DNA from: Azolla caroliniana
Taxonomy: Eukaryota > Plantae > Polypodiophyta
DNA: 64,000 bases
Reading direction: 5' to 3'
NCBI GenBank assembly: GCA_043228905.1
Contig: JBHGNT010000007.1
Coordinates: 7,316,001 to 7,380,000 of the forward strand
The notes beneath the pieces are model-generated. The model saw nothing but the letters and a program-made list of their open reading frames with translations. It was not told where the DNA came from and did no database searches. The translations under genes were made by a program, and so were the position numbers. Numbering within the stretch: position 1 is the stretch's first letter; each line of letters opens with the position of its first letter. Shown here piece by piece: positions 50,878 to 64,000 of the stretch.

Positions 50878-53800
50878 GTTCCAAATTCAAATTTATTCAT
50901 CTACCATTATTCTATCTTATGCTCTTATTTTCTTTTAAAATGAAGAAAAAAAGGACCAATTTGCTCGAAAATATGTCATGTGTTATCTTATGTTCTTCTA
51001 GTGCTTGATGCCATAGCATCAGTCAATAATGATATCGATATTGGTACAAAGATTGTAAGTTTAGGTGCGAGATACGAACTGTAAAGATCTATAAAGGTTT
51101 TTTTTGTGACTTAATTCTTCCTCATTCTTGATATTTAGGAATGTTGGGTTTGATATAAGACCTTTTGATTGTATCCAGCCTTATCTCATTATTAGCAAGA
51201 ATATTAACAATCCTCACTCTACATTGCATCAATAACAAGCTAGGTATTGACGTTGCATTAGGGCCATCAAAATGTGCAAAACATGAAGGTATGTGAGGTT
51301 ATGTATAGAAGGGCTAGTAGAGGATGCATATCACCTACATTTATATGCTTAGCATATATGTAGTGCAATTCATGTATTGACATATAAGAGGGGATAATAA
51401 GTTGATTGTCACAATGAAGAGAATAATAGTGTATGTCTTATAATTTATTAATATGTCGAGTTGTTGTGCCTTGAGTATGAAAATTCCTTCTTAGGAAGGA
51501 GACCCAACAAGAAAACTTGTGTATTGAGATCCATTATCAATATTGGCCTCTCTATGGATGCCAAAAGGTATTTATCTCTCACTTTTCACGAGTCCAATGC
51601 CAAGTGCTTTACCTTAAGCCTTACAATAATCTTCTTCTTGGCTAGATTTGTGGTTTGCTATAACTAATTGTGATGTGTTTTGTTTATTTGCACTTGCTTT
51701 TTGTGCTGCTAACTAATACGGTAGACGATTAAATAACTTTTTAGTTCACTTAAGCCAAAGTATGTGTTTTGGAATCTCGAGGGTGTTTGTTAACCATTCT
51801 TGCTTATTTCACAAATGAAAGGATAAACAAAGATATGTCCTTGCCATACAATCTTGGTAAGGAGATGGAACTTTGATAGAGAGAAAACCATGTGCTCAGT
51901 GTAACACATTTAATTTAGCACTGTTGGGGATGATTGGGTCATTGTTTGAAGCTATTGGTGAGGTTTTCATAAGCTCTCGAGGTAAAATAATCGTACATGA
52001 AGGCAACAGAAGCTACATAAAGGAAAGAGAACACTAAATTGAGACCTATAGGCCTCTCAATGCTTGATTAAATTTTTTTGTGCATAAATTTATTTAGATA
52101 GTCCATTATTATTATATTTTTTATGTGCTTAATTAACTTTTGTTATTTCATAATCACTTTCTCATCCTAATAAGGTCCTTACTAGTTAGTCAAGTGATTT
52201 CTATTTTCTAATATTTTTCACCTCATTTAACATTAACTTTTTTCTTCCACACATAAGGTAGGAGAAGTGCTATAAAAGGCATAAGGAATTTAAATATTCC
52301 TCAAAGCTCTCATAGAAGGACCAATTGACAAACTTGTTGACTCTGTCACCCAGTTCTTGAATTCAATGTCTACATGAGAACTCATTTCTCACTTGAAATA
52401 AAATACTTTTGGATAAGATGCCAATGTTTTTCCTAAAATTGAAATAATTTCTAGCCCAAAATTGAAAATTTCCCGACAACTGGCACGATCATACACTTGT
52501 TAGGGTTGCATCAAATTTTTATGAGGATACATGTTTTTGCCAAGGTTCCCACAAGCATTATGCATGCGTTGCCATGAGCTTTACCCATGGGAGAGGTCAA
52601 TAGATCCCACAGGCGACACACTAAATAAATGCATTACATTTTGCTAATAGTATGAGATTGGGGTGACTTTTGGCATGTGATTAAGGCAACATTTGGTGTG
52701 TAATAGAGGTGTGCTATGCATGGTGGACTTCTCAAGGGAGATATTGTAGGAAATTGTCCACTTCCTCATTGTTGAGATTATTGAGGAGCATGCAATGCTT
52801 GGCTGCAAGGTTTAGCACGTGTTGTGTATTATAAGCATGTGGAAGTACTACTAACGTTTCATAAGTGAGGGGTTTATAATAGCAGTTGAGTTTGCTATTG
52901 TTGACAAAACCAAGGATGTGTTGCTTTCACATCATGATGTGACAAGCGCATGACTTCATTATTTCCAACATGATATAAGACATATCTTCTAGAAGCTTGA
53001 GATTCTTATTGAAACTCTCAGAAGAATATCAAAGCCATGCTACCTTCAACCATGTCCTTGTGCTTGACTTTATTATCATGCCAAGACTTACGGGAGCCTT
53101 TTCAATCATTGAAGCATGAAACGCGGCGCGTGATAATGAGTTTTTCAAGGTTATGGAGATGATGCATAGGCCAAGGAATAAGAACTTCATCGGCACGATG
53201 CCTTTTTGTCCATAAATGAGGTGAAATGGTGAACGTCAAGTAGGGACCTATTAAGATGTGCAAAAGCCTCATAAGGTGGAGTATTGTTTTTGCTCCCAAT
53301 TGGAATGTGAGGCAACAATAATCTTGGTAGGCATTATGCATAAGAAATTGTTGAACTCTTAACTTGTCCATTGCACCGTGGTGTGTTCTACTATGTATGT
53401 GGTGTGTTCTAATATGTATATGATGTCAATGTCTTGCATCTTATCTGCTTCTTCCTTATTTGTTGAGCATAACAGAGGTTTGGGTCTAGGGAGTTGGTTT
53501 ACTTATTTCACTCCTCTTCATGCCATCATACCTTTATGCGGATCCATCTTTAAAAGTTTTCAACATGTTTCTAAGCATCGGTCCTCAACATTTCTCAAGT
53601 CTATTGCCATGTGTGCCAAGTCTATTAGATGTGTCATCACAACTTCCCAACCTCTTTTACCTACATAGAATCATCAAAAGACGTTAAGGGGCTTTACACT
53701 TGTCTATTGGTGCCAAGACCCAAAGTTGAACTTGTGTGGTTTGCTATAACATTTTCTCGTAGGTGACTTCTTCTTTTCATTCATTGGCAACATAGGTGTC

Positions 53801-53882
53801 TATTGGGGACAAATGAGTGGTTTAATCATTTGTACTTGAAGCCCCTCCATAGTAATTTCAAGGTTGTGACTATGAGTTTGGA

Positions 53883-54027
53883 TGGGTGCTTTACCCCTAT
53901 CATGAAGCATTCCAGAATGACACAAGTGCTATCATCATAACAACATTGGGTCTTGATCGGGTGCTTTACCCCTATCATGAACAATTCTAGTATGACACTA
54001 TCTTCATAACAACATTGGGTCTTGATG
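53883..54027. repeat. ~72-bp tandem duplication
   Basis: Two copies of gggtgctttacccctatcatgaa...cataacaacattgggtcttgat. Confidence 0.85.
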
Positions 54028-54297
54028 ATGTGCATTCCATCCATGTCGGCCAACTTATGTAGCCAATTTATAACGTAATCATAACTTGTTTTAGAAGATG
54101 GGAAAGTTTGAGTTTTTATCCATAAACATTTGCCCCTAAGATAATACATATCCTTATCCACCCCACGCGCTAATAACCCTGCCTACAAGTCTACAATCTT
54201 GATCTCTTTTCTCATGTAAAGGACATCATTGCCAAAGTCCATCATAAGTCAACTTACATAGAGGAAGGGTCTTCTTAACAATCAATTCTACATTATC

Positions 54298-57200
54298 TGT
54301 TAAACACGGTGCTCGGCCACAACCAAGGAATAGGATCAACTCTCAGAAAACAGGAAATACAAAATGCACGAGACAATAGAGAGAAGAGTACACAGAATGT
54401 TTTACGTGGAAAACCCTAAATGGGAAAAACCACGGGAGTCCTCAGACTCCAACCATCACTATAAACAGGGATGTACAATGGTGAAGCTACAAGGCAACAA
54501 CCTTGTGCTCACTGTCTTCGCCACAGGCGGCGGTAATACACAGAGGCAACGACCTCTTCGTCTCTCTTTCTCTCTCTCTCTCTCTCTCTCGGCTGCTCTC
54601 ACTTCGCTCCCTCTAAGTGGAAAACAGAAAAATGAGCAACAACTACAAACTGTTTGCCCTAAGTCATATTTATACACATATGACTTTCGGGCTATTTACA
54701 AATATAGCCTCAAGGGCCCTTGGCAAACATATTCACAAATATGTCCCCGCATCCGGATCTCTCTCCGGGTACATTCATCATCCGGCTCCGTAGCCGGGGT
54801 CTTCATCATCCGGCTCCGTAGCCGGGGTCTTCATCATCCGGTTCCCGGACATCTGACCATCCCATCCGGAGGGACCGTAATCCCAACAAACTCCCCCTTC
54901 ACTTCGGCATGGGATGTCTTTCCAGTCCGACCCTCTTCCGGCACGCTTCCAGCTTGTCGGGTGTGAGCACTTTGGTCAGCATATCTGACCCGTTCTCGTC
55001 CGTGTGGATCTTTGTCAGCACGAACTCCTGGTCTTCTATCCTTTCCCGGATCCAGTGATATCTTCGCTGGATGTGCTTCGTCCGGGAGTGATAGGCCGCG
55101 TTCTTCGCAAGGTGGATGGCACTCTGACTGTCGTAGTAGAGTCGGTACTCCTCCTGCCAGATACCGAGCTCTCTAATGAAGTCCTTCATCCATATTATTT
55201 CCTTGCCGGCTTCAACAGCCGCCATGTACTCCGCCTCCGTGGTTGACAACGCAACCGTCTTCTGCAGCCTCGACTGCCACGACACCGCTCCCCCTGCATA
55301 CGTCATCACATACCCTGATGTGGACCGGCTGGTATCTGCATCAGCCGACATATCCGAATCGGTAAAGCCGTCGAGTTCGGGCTTACCGGAGCCGAATCGG
55401 AGGCACACGTTTGCCGTGCCCTTCAGGTATCGGAGTATCCACTTGACCGCGTTCCAGTGCTCTTTGCCGGGATTGCTCATGTACCGGCTCACCACTCCGA
55501 CTGCATATCCTATGTCCGGTCTTGTACACACCATTGCGTACATCAAGCTTCCGACGGCAGAGGCATATGGTACTTTCATCATGTCCTCCTTCTCAGCCTT
55601 TGTCTTGGGGCTTTGCTTGCTGAACAACTTGCAGTTTGCCGGGAGGGTTGACCCGACCGATCTTGCTTCCGACATGTTGAACCGGTGAAGCACCTTTGTC
55701 ACGTACTTCTCCTGTGACAGCCACAACTGCTTCTTCTTCCGGTCCCGGATGATGTGCATCCCTAGTATTTGCCTCGCCGGACCCAGGTCCTTCATTGAGA
55801 AGGTTCGGTGAAGCGCTTTCTTCAGCATCCGTATTTTGACCTGGTCCCGTCCGACGATCAACATGTCGTCCACGTACAGGAGGATTATTAGAAATTCTCC
55901 TCCTTCGAACTTCTTCACAAACACGCAGTGATCGGACTGCGTTTTGTGGTACCCTTCGTCGGTCATGAAAGAGTCGAACTTCCGGTACCATTGCCGGGGA
56001 GCCTGCTTCAGTCCGTAAAGGCTCTTCTTCAACCGGCATACCAGGTGCTCCTTCCCTTTCTTCTCGAATCCTTCCGGTTGCTGCATGTAGATCTCTTCTT
56101 CGAGGTCACCGTGAAGGAATGCCGTCTTCACGTCCATCTGTTCTACCTCGAGGTCCATGCTTACCGCTATGCTCAGCACCGTCCGGATGGAGGTCATCTT
56201 CACTACCGGGGCAAATATCTCGTCGAAGTCGACGCCCTTCTTCTGCTGGAACCCCTTCACCACGATCCTGGCTTTGTATCTCGGGGGGTTTCCGGCATCT
56301 CCCGGTTTCAGCTTGAACACCCACTTGTTTCGAAGTGCCCGCTTTCCTTTCGGCAACTCCACAAGTTCATATGTGTGGTTCTCATGCAGGGAATCCATCT
56401 CCTCCTGCATGGCACTTAACCACCTGCGGCTATGGGTGTCAAGCTTTGCTTCTTCAAAACTCTCCGGCTCCCCCTCGTCGGTTAGCAGCACGTGCTCTGG
56501 TTCCGGAAATCTCCGGGGGGCCCTTCTCTCTCTTAGAGGATATCTCCGTTCCGGAGCTTCGGTAACCGGCTCCTCCGTTTCCTCTTCATCCGAATCCATT
56601 TCGGGATCGGGGCCGGTTCCGGTATCAGTTTCATCTTTCTCGGCCGGTTCTGTTTCTTCACCGTCTTCGGCCGGATCCTCGGGTGCTAACCGGTCCCTTG
56701 CCGGTCGGGACTGCTCCTCGTAGAGTTGATCCTCACCGGTCGACTTGGAGCTCTTCATCTTCTTCTCCGACTCCCAGTCGGTGAGTGTCTTGTCCTCCAT
56801 GAAGACGATATCTCGACTCCTGAATATCTTCTTGTCGACCGGGTCCCATACTCGGTAGCCGAACTCGTCGTCGCCGTAACCGAGGAATATGCATGGCCGG
56901 GTCTTTGGATCTAACTTTCCTCTCCGGTCCTTTGCCACATGCACGTATGCGAGACACCCGAACACCTTCAGATGCCGGTAGGACACTTCCTTACCGGTCC
57001 ACACTTTCTGCGGCTTGTCTCCGTCCAAAGGTACTGAGGGTGATCTATTTATCACATACGTCGCCGTCGACATTGCCTCAGCCCAAAATCCCTTGGGTAA
57101 TTTCGCATGTGCTAGCATACTCCGGACCCTCTCCATTATGGTCTGGTTCATCCTCTCGGCCAGCCCGTTCAGTTCCGGCGTCTTCGGCACAGTAAACTCG

Positions 57201-59266
57201 AGCCGGATTCCCTTCGAGCGACAGTACTCTGCGAACTGCCCCCGGTATTCCCCTCCGTTATCCGCTCGTATCACTTTTAGCTTCTTGCCGGATTCTCTTT
57301 CCACTCTCGCGTGGAGTTCCTTGAAGACGCACAACACTTGGTCCTTTGTCTTCAACGGTGCCGTCCACAGCTTCCGGCTGTGGTCATCAATGAATGTCAC
57401 GAAGTACTGGGCTCCGCCATGTGACTTCGTTTCTACTTGACACACGTCAGTGTGCACCAACTCCAATGGTGCGCTACGTCTCGTCGGTGGCCTTGAGTGG
57501 AAGGAGGCTCGGTTCTGCTTACCGGCCAGGCAATCGGTGCACTTCTCCAGATGCACATGCTTCACTGGAATAAGGTTGTCTTCTGCAAGCCTCTTCATCC
57601 CCTTCTCGCTCATGTGGCACAGTCTCTTGTGCCACATCTCACCGGCAGTGTCAGCTGCCACGTTCAGCTCCTCCGGACATAGCCGGGAATTCATCAGGTA
57701 CAGTGTGTTGACCTTCCGGGCCCGAGCTACTATCAGGCTCCCTTTGCTGAACTTCATGACACCGTTCCGGATGCTACCCGTGTAGCCTTCATCGTCTAGC
57801 CTCCCGGCCGAAATCAGGTTCAATCGAACCTCCGGAATGTGTCGGACATCCTTCAGCAGCATCTTGCATCCGGTTGATGTCATCAGCCACACGTCTCCTA
57901 TGCCGGCAATCCGGCATGTACCTTCATTTCCCATCCGGACACAGCCGTGCTCACCGGCTGTGTAGGATGAGAAGTATTTCTTCTCCGGGGTCAGGTGGAA
58001 CGACGCTCCGGAATCGACCACCCAGGTCATCTCTTCACCGGCAAGGTTCAGCTCCCTCTCTTCGGTGATGAGCATTATCTCTTCTTCACTTGCCGCGAGT
58101 GCCGTCGTTCCTTTCCGGTCCTGCCCTCGCCGATCCGGACCTCTCCGGTCCGTGGCTCCCCGGTATGCACCGTTTCGCTCCGGTGACTTCTTCGAATCGG
58201 TACCGTCGGTTCCGTTGTCTTTCCGGAAATGCCGACAGTTCTTCTGGAAGTGCCCCGGCTTCCCACAGTAGAAGCATGTAGGTCTTCCCCTCGACTGCGA
58301 CCGTGTCCCCGACTTCTCCCGTCTTTGCGGACTCCGGTTCCGTTGTCTTCCCCGTTCCGATTCGGTAAGCAGCGCCTTCGAGTCGGAGGCCGGTTCTTTA
58401 TCTCTTCGACGCGCTTCTTCATTTAGAATACTTGTCTTTACCGTTAGTAAAGACAAGTTCTCTTCCTTACAGGAGGTGCTGAGAGTAACTACCAAGTTCT
58501 CCCAGCTCTCCGGAAGGGTACACATCAGCATGATGGCTTGCATTGCGTCATCCAACGGGAACTTGATCGCCGCAAGCTGGTTCACGAATCCCATGAACGT
58601 GCTGACGTGTTCGACCATGCTCTCGCTGTCCCGGTACTTAAGAATTCACTATCTTCCTCATCAGGGAGGTCCGGGTCAGAGCATTCTTCCTCTCATAAAG
58701 TCCGGACAGCTTCTGCCACATCTCATAGGCGTTCGTATCGTTCGCCACATGTTGCAGAACACTTACATCGACGTATTGCCGGATCGTCGCTACGGCTTTC
58801 CGGTTCAGGAGCTTCCACTCCGACTCTATTACCCCCTTGGGTATCTCGGCATTGTCGATCGGTTCGTACAGGTCTCGGACGATGAGAAGGTCTTCCATCT
58901 TTATCTTCCAGTCGGCGTAGTTCTGTGAGTTCAACACCATCATGCCCGGAGGCCCACTACCGCCGCCTTCCATTTTCTGTGTTAACCTTGCTCTGATACC
59001 ACTTTGTTGAACACGGTGCTCGGCCACAACCAAGGAATAGGATCAACTCTCAGAAAACAGGAAATACAAAATGCACGAGACAATAGAGAGAAGAGTACAC
59101 AGAATGTTTTACGTGGAAAACCCTAAATGGGAAAAACCACGGGAGTCCTCAGACTCCAACCATCACTATAAACAGGGATGTACAATGGTGAAGCTACAAG
59201 GCAACAACCTTGTGCTCACTGTCTTCGCCACAGGCGGCGGTAATACACAGAGGCAACGACCTCTTC

Positions 59267-59303
<37 letters not shown>

Positions 59304-59571
59304 CTGCTCTCACTTCGCTCCCTCTAAGTGGAAAACAGAAAAATGAGCAACAACTACAAACTGTTTGCCCTAAGTCATATTTATACACATATGACTTTCG
59401 GGCTATTTACAAATATAGCCTCAAGGGCCCTTGGCAAACATATTCACAAATATGTCCCCGCATCCGGATCTCTCTCCGGGTACATTCATCATCCGGCTCC
59501 GTAGCCGGGGTCTTCATCATCCGGTTCCCGGACATCTGACCATCCCATCCGGAGGGACCGTAATCCCAACA
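54298..59571 (-). mobile_element. Full-length, very young Ty1/copia retrotransposon (Tnt1/Tork-like)
   Basis: LTRs 54298-54888 and 59005-59571 are near-identical. TSD TTATC on both sides (54293-54297 and 59572-59576). PBS tggtatcagagc (58990-59001, minus) and PPT agggggag abutting the stop codon. Confidence 0.97.
54899..58973 (-). CDS. Copia gag-pol polyprotein (gag, CCHC, PR, INT, RT, RH) with a single +1 frameshift near 58643
   Basis: 1239-aa ORF 54899-58618 with CFYCGKPGHFQKNC, WVVDSGASFH, WHKRLCH, HTDVC, ADNGGEY, YKARIV, QMDVKTAFLHG, LYVDDML and TEAEY; the gag N-terminus is in ORF 58638-59033. Confidence 0.93.
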
Positions 59572-60701
59572 TTATCTAACTAATTGATTAGGTATATTAC
59601 AAACATGAGGCGGTTCTCAATATTGTATATAATGAAGGGATAATCTATTATCATACCCTTCAGACATTCGATCAAACCATTGGCCATGCAATGTTTCTCC
59701 TCCACTTGTGTCATCTTGGAACTACCCCATTTTTTCCAATAGTTGTAACTTATAATGCTCACACTTGCTCTCCTATCGAGGATCTTTGGAGCAATGATAC
59801 TAGTTATGATCCCAAAGAGTATGAATCTTGTATTTTTGGTTTTGAAATGTGTGGTTACTAGCGTGTCTACTCATTGGAGTTCAAAACATGCACATCAGGG
59901 ATGGTCATCATAAGCTTTCCTTGCTTGATGCGTAATTCTATGCTTACTTGTTAGACTACATCAAGGTTGGGGATCTAATCACGAGACTTCCTCAACAATA
60001 AGGTCTATTAGTTTTGTTAATATTTGCTCTACATTCGACTTTTCGATAATGATACTTGAAATCGTTAAGTGTTGGTATGTTAAAATCATATTTCCTTCTT
60101 GATGTTCCTTTGTTGGTGAACCAAGACATTTATATCCTTTTTCAACATCTACAACATTTGTTGTCTCTTCCCTTAGGTTGAAGGAGTATGATTGGATCTT
60201 GTTAAATAGTCAAATTCTTTAATTGGGTTCCCCTTAGCCAGAGTAGAAGATAATTTCTCATGATTATTGAAAGCACGCGTAAATTTGGATCTTTTCGTAT
60301 TTCAACTTGAGAGTTTGGGTTCAAAACTTTCAACAAGGTGTTGGACTTTCATGACTATTTGTACCCCATTTCGGATGGTACCATAGATAGTAAATGGACA
60401 CTCTTCTTTCCTTTCTTCTTAGGGAAATCAAATACTAAATGTTCTCGCCCACAACCAAGGCATGTCATCATCCTTTGGAACCATGCCACCCAAGTAGGTG
60501 TTGGTAGTTGGGAACATGAGGTAGGCATGTTCGCTAGTTGTGGGTTGGACATGTTGTAATGGGGTTCGACTATAATTTCGTGTATAATAGTTGTTCATGA
60601 CATGTATATGATTAAATGTAACGTATACATGGGATTACATATGTGTATATGAAAGAATCATTAACCAAAACATACCCAACGAATGATGTAATCGAGATAC
60701 G

Positions 60702-60965
60702 TAATTGAGGCATATAGCCTCTACGCACACGTAACATCCAAAAATAAGGGTGAACGTATTACACAATCAAGGTATTGACCTCTTACGCATACAACACTGA
60801 TTGCATATCAAACACATGATAATTGAGTTATTGACCTCATACGCATATGTAACATATATACGTGAACGTAATACGCAATTGAGGTATTGACCTCTTACGC
60901 ATACGCCACAAATCAGATATCAAATATATGGCAATTGAGGTACTGATCTCATACGCATACATATG
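60702..60965. repeat. 56-bp-period tandem array, five units
   Basis: Core aattgaggtattgacctcttacgcatac at about 60703, 60765, 60821, 60877 and 60933. Confidence 0.85.
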
Positions 60966-63149
60966 TACATTTTATACAACAAAACTATTACCATTACAAC
61001 AAAATTGAATCATTAAAATGATTACATACTGACAAACACATGATTAGATTGGGAGAAGAAAAAATATAAGAAGAAAAAAGAAAGGAATATCGAAGTTCTT
61101 TTGTTGCTGTGTTTCTAAATCAAGCTCGACTGCACATTGATCGATCACCATCCAAACAAATCACAAGAAAAGAAACATTAGAAAAATAATCTGATACCAA
61201 TTGTTAGAGCTTAATCCTAATGTAAGCATACAATAAGGAAATAATAGATAGATAGATAGAGAAGAGAGAGAAAGAAGGGTGTTGATCCACCCGACCACCC
61301 CTAAGCGAAGGGATTGAGATGGACTTGAGCCTCAATCGGCGTCCCATACCATCATTATGGCATTGAGTCATACCTGGTGTTGGCGCACTCACTACAAGGG
61401 TTGATCACCACAAGATCAAAGTCTCAACGTAGTCGATAATGTATCAAATGAGGGTAGCTAGGCCTCATATTTATAGCCAAGCCTAAGGCCCCCAGGCAAG
61501 TTCACACTTGGCGTTAATGAGTTGTTTCAATCCCTAGGATTAAAAGTAATTGTCCCTTCCTTACACTCTCGTTTAACCCTCACACTTTATCCACGCGTAT
61601 AGAATACTATGGTACAATCTTACCACGGGATAATTTATGGTCATGCCCCTAACATCAAGCCTTTATAAGGGAACTTTCTTTTAAACGACCATGGAAAATG
61701 CAATGAAACTGGAGCACCACCAACCCTGCCCTACCGAGACACTCAAGAAGCCACTCAATGCACCACTACTATGAATGTTAATATGCATGTGGTTATGACA
61801 GCACCAAAGCTATTACAACGCGCTATTGAGAGCCCGACCATACCTCCAATGCTCAAAAGAAGCATTGTGTGTATAATAATCACGCGACATCGTAGATCTA
61901 AATGAAGTACCTGTGAAGGTAACCAAAAAATTCAATCACAAATGTAGCACTCTCTTAGAGAAAATGGTACACCTTAAGGAACAATTAGTGAACTAGGCAT
62001 TAGCCTTCAGAATGTCATTTTAGAACTCACATAGGCTTGCCTACACATTCAAGAAACCACTAGAAAGTACAAAAGCTCTACATCCAATGTCACCCACTAA
62101 GCACCGACCTCCGAGTGGCATGAGAATAAAGAAAAATGACAAAAAAATCAACCATAAACACAATATAGAAAGTCAACCCAACTCAAATAGAGATATCCAA
62201 GCTAAAGGCACTCCATGCTACGCTAGAGTCATAACATGTAACGATGCAATCTTGATTAGAGAACCATTGGGAGGAGACAACACATACAAAACAAGTGGAG
62301 AGATTCACCTAAATCAACTATTCATTGAGAAAGATCAATAATTTGAGGCATAGACAAAGTTGGATGTTGAACTCATGTAGAATTTTGCAAAATTAACCAT
62401 AGACAATAACATCATTTCTTCAAACTCCATATTGGTGGTGGGCATCTAAGCACTAAGGGTATACATAGGGCCTCCTCATAACTATGGCCAAGCTTTTGGT
62501 TTCTCCCCTCACTCGAGATGTCACTTGTCAACCACAAAAGGAGTTATTTATGACAATGACATATCATCACCTTAATGAATACGCAAGATTTATATAGTCC
62601 TAGGGGTGAATACTAATTATTGTTACTTACACTATATCTTGTAGACACTATTCGTGAATGCCCGACAAGCTCATTGAACACTTGGGTGTGCAACCACCTT
62701 GGTGCCTCCATTTCTTCAATGATCTTCACATTGATCACCAATTTAGATAATGGTTTGCAAGCCTCTACCCCAACACTCTCCCTCCTCAACTCCTTTAAAA
62801 AATAAACACTCTTCCCCTTCTATGAAAAAGCCTTTCATATATTCCACTCCAACCCCCACCGACAACATCCATAACCAACCCCTATCATGCCTTTCCACCC
62901 TTACCTTGGTAGACTAGGTTCACACAACAATGTCCAACATAGTACACCCAAGAGTCTGCACTAATTAGGTTAGGGGATGCTTAAGTACGTTTTGTATGCT
63001 TCACTATCTAACACTAATATTGGCATTGGTACCAAACATACAAGTATTAGTGCAAGAGAGTCGAAGTACTCCGGACCATACTAATCTAAAAAGGGGCAAA
63101 TCATTGTAAAAGACTACAAAGGAGATCCTCATGATTTTTCAATACTAAA

Positions 63150-63183
<34 letters not shown>

Positions 63184-63199
63184 CCTTGAGGGGTAAAGG

Positions 63200-64000
63200 T
63201 TTATAATGTTGTTGCATAGACTTCAAGAAAGCTTTGATATGGTACCTCTTGATAATCTTTAAAGGCGCATAGAAGAACTAGGGGTGCCAAATGAATATTT
63301 TCTTGCAACAACCTATTAATCAATGAGAGCATTATTTGTTGTGTTCTTATGTACAATGAAATTTCATATTTTTTCAATAGAGTTATTGGTGTTACACAAG
63401 GATGCCCACTCTCACCAACTCTATTTGGTCTATGCATTGATGAATAAGAACAACAATTGTCAAGTTTGTAAAGGAAGAATACATAGAAGAAGTTTCCATT
63501 GGGAATCCATTTATCATATGCTTTTGTTGTATGTGGATGATGTAGTGCTTTTTGCAAATACTTTAGGAAATGCACAAAAGCTTATGAGGGCATTGGAATA
63601 AATTTGCATGCATATTAAATTAAGTGTCAATAGCTCTAACAAAGATTGTACTTGTGACGAGCCCAAAAAAAGATAAATCATGTATTATGTACAATAATGA
63701 GCCGCTTGAATGTGTGGACATTCCTTTAAATCACAAATGAAATGAATGTATTATCCATTCTTAGAGGTGGGAAAGAGAGCATATGTTATGCTTAGAGGTG
63801 CCATCATGGAGAAATTAAGTGTTTCGTCCTCAAGAAATACCTTTCTAACCCTTTGTGGACACCGGTGCTTCTCTTGGTGGAAGTACGAGATGATTGCATT
63901 CCTAAGTCCACTTGGAAAGAGTTTGAAAATGTCCAAAAGCATTTTCTTACAAAGTTTGTCCAAGTAAAGAAACTAATGCAATACACCCTCCTAATTCTTG
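63200..64000 (+). mobile_element. Decayed LINE reverse transcriptase fragment, running off the window
   Basis: gacttcaagaaagctttgat (DFKKAFD-like), GVTQGCPLSPTLFGLCIDE and LLLYVDDVVLFANTLG. Confidence 0.85.

Larger units (their letters stand above)
51450..61654 (-). mobile_element. Old, heavily decayed LTR element (5' LTR 61202-61654, PBS-iMet) interrupted by the young copia; left boundary uncertain
   Basis: LTR tgttag...cctaaca is preceded on plus by ctgatacca (minus-strand tggtatcag PBS). Degenerate protease-like sequence at 54200-54290 resembles 25200-25290, and an RT-like FLG remnant lies near 53170. Confidence 0.55.

Noticed and set aside
54364-54966. 200-aa ORF, also ORFs 29082-29495 and 34786-35256
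   Set aside because: They lie inside LTRs, cross microsatellites whose length differs between LTR copies, and show no domain.
58638-58650. Programmed frameshift in copia gag
   Set aside because: It falls mid-capsid rather than at the gag/pol boundary, and Tnt1-type elements have one ORF; a 1-bp insertion is simpler.
60702-60965. CRISPR-like repeat-spacer array
   Set aside because: The spacers alternate and resemble each other, the repeats are degenerate, there are no cas genes and the context is eukaryotic.
45089-61654. One giant LTR element capturing the patellin gene
   Set aside because: The left LTR has its own GGTTC TSD on both sides, so it is an independent solo LTR.

Overview
Eukaryotic, TE-rich land-plant genomic DNA. 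The gene and TE types suggest a non-seed plant such as a fern; this is inference only. Three intact host genes can be spliced by hand through GT-AG introns: a CRLK1-type receptor-like kinase (minus, 746-3660, 7 coding exons, 411 aa), a 12-exon ACC-synthase-like PLP enzyme (plus, 35617-40125, 480 aa) and a patellin (Sec14/CRAL-TRIO plus GOLD; plus, 47604-50877, 542 aa). Most of the rest is a nest of retroelements: a 5'-truncated L1-type LINE; a decayed non-chromovirus Ty3/gypsy element (13.5-23.4 kb) with a large extra ORF after integrase; a second Ty3/gypsy element (28.9-35.3 kb) with a fungal-type RT, a tRNA-Trp primer site, an apparent 4-bp TSD and a GGATTTT-TAG -1 frameshift signal; a very young Tnt1/Tork-type Ty1/copia (54.3-59.6 kb) broken by one extra base; and several solo LTRs, MITE-like elements and LINE remnants. 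No prokaryotic systems, CRISPR arrays or intact RNA genes were seen. All calls come from reading the sequence by eye; no database searches were run.
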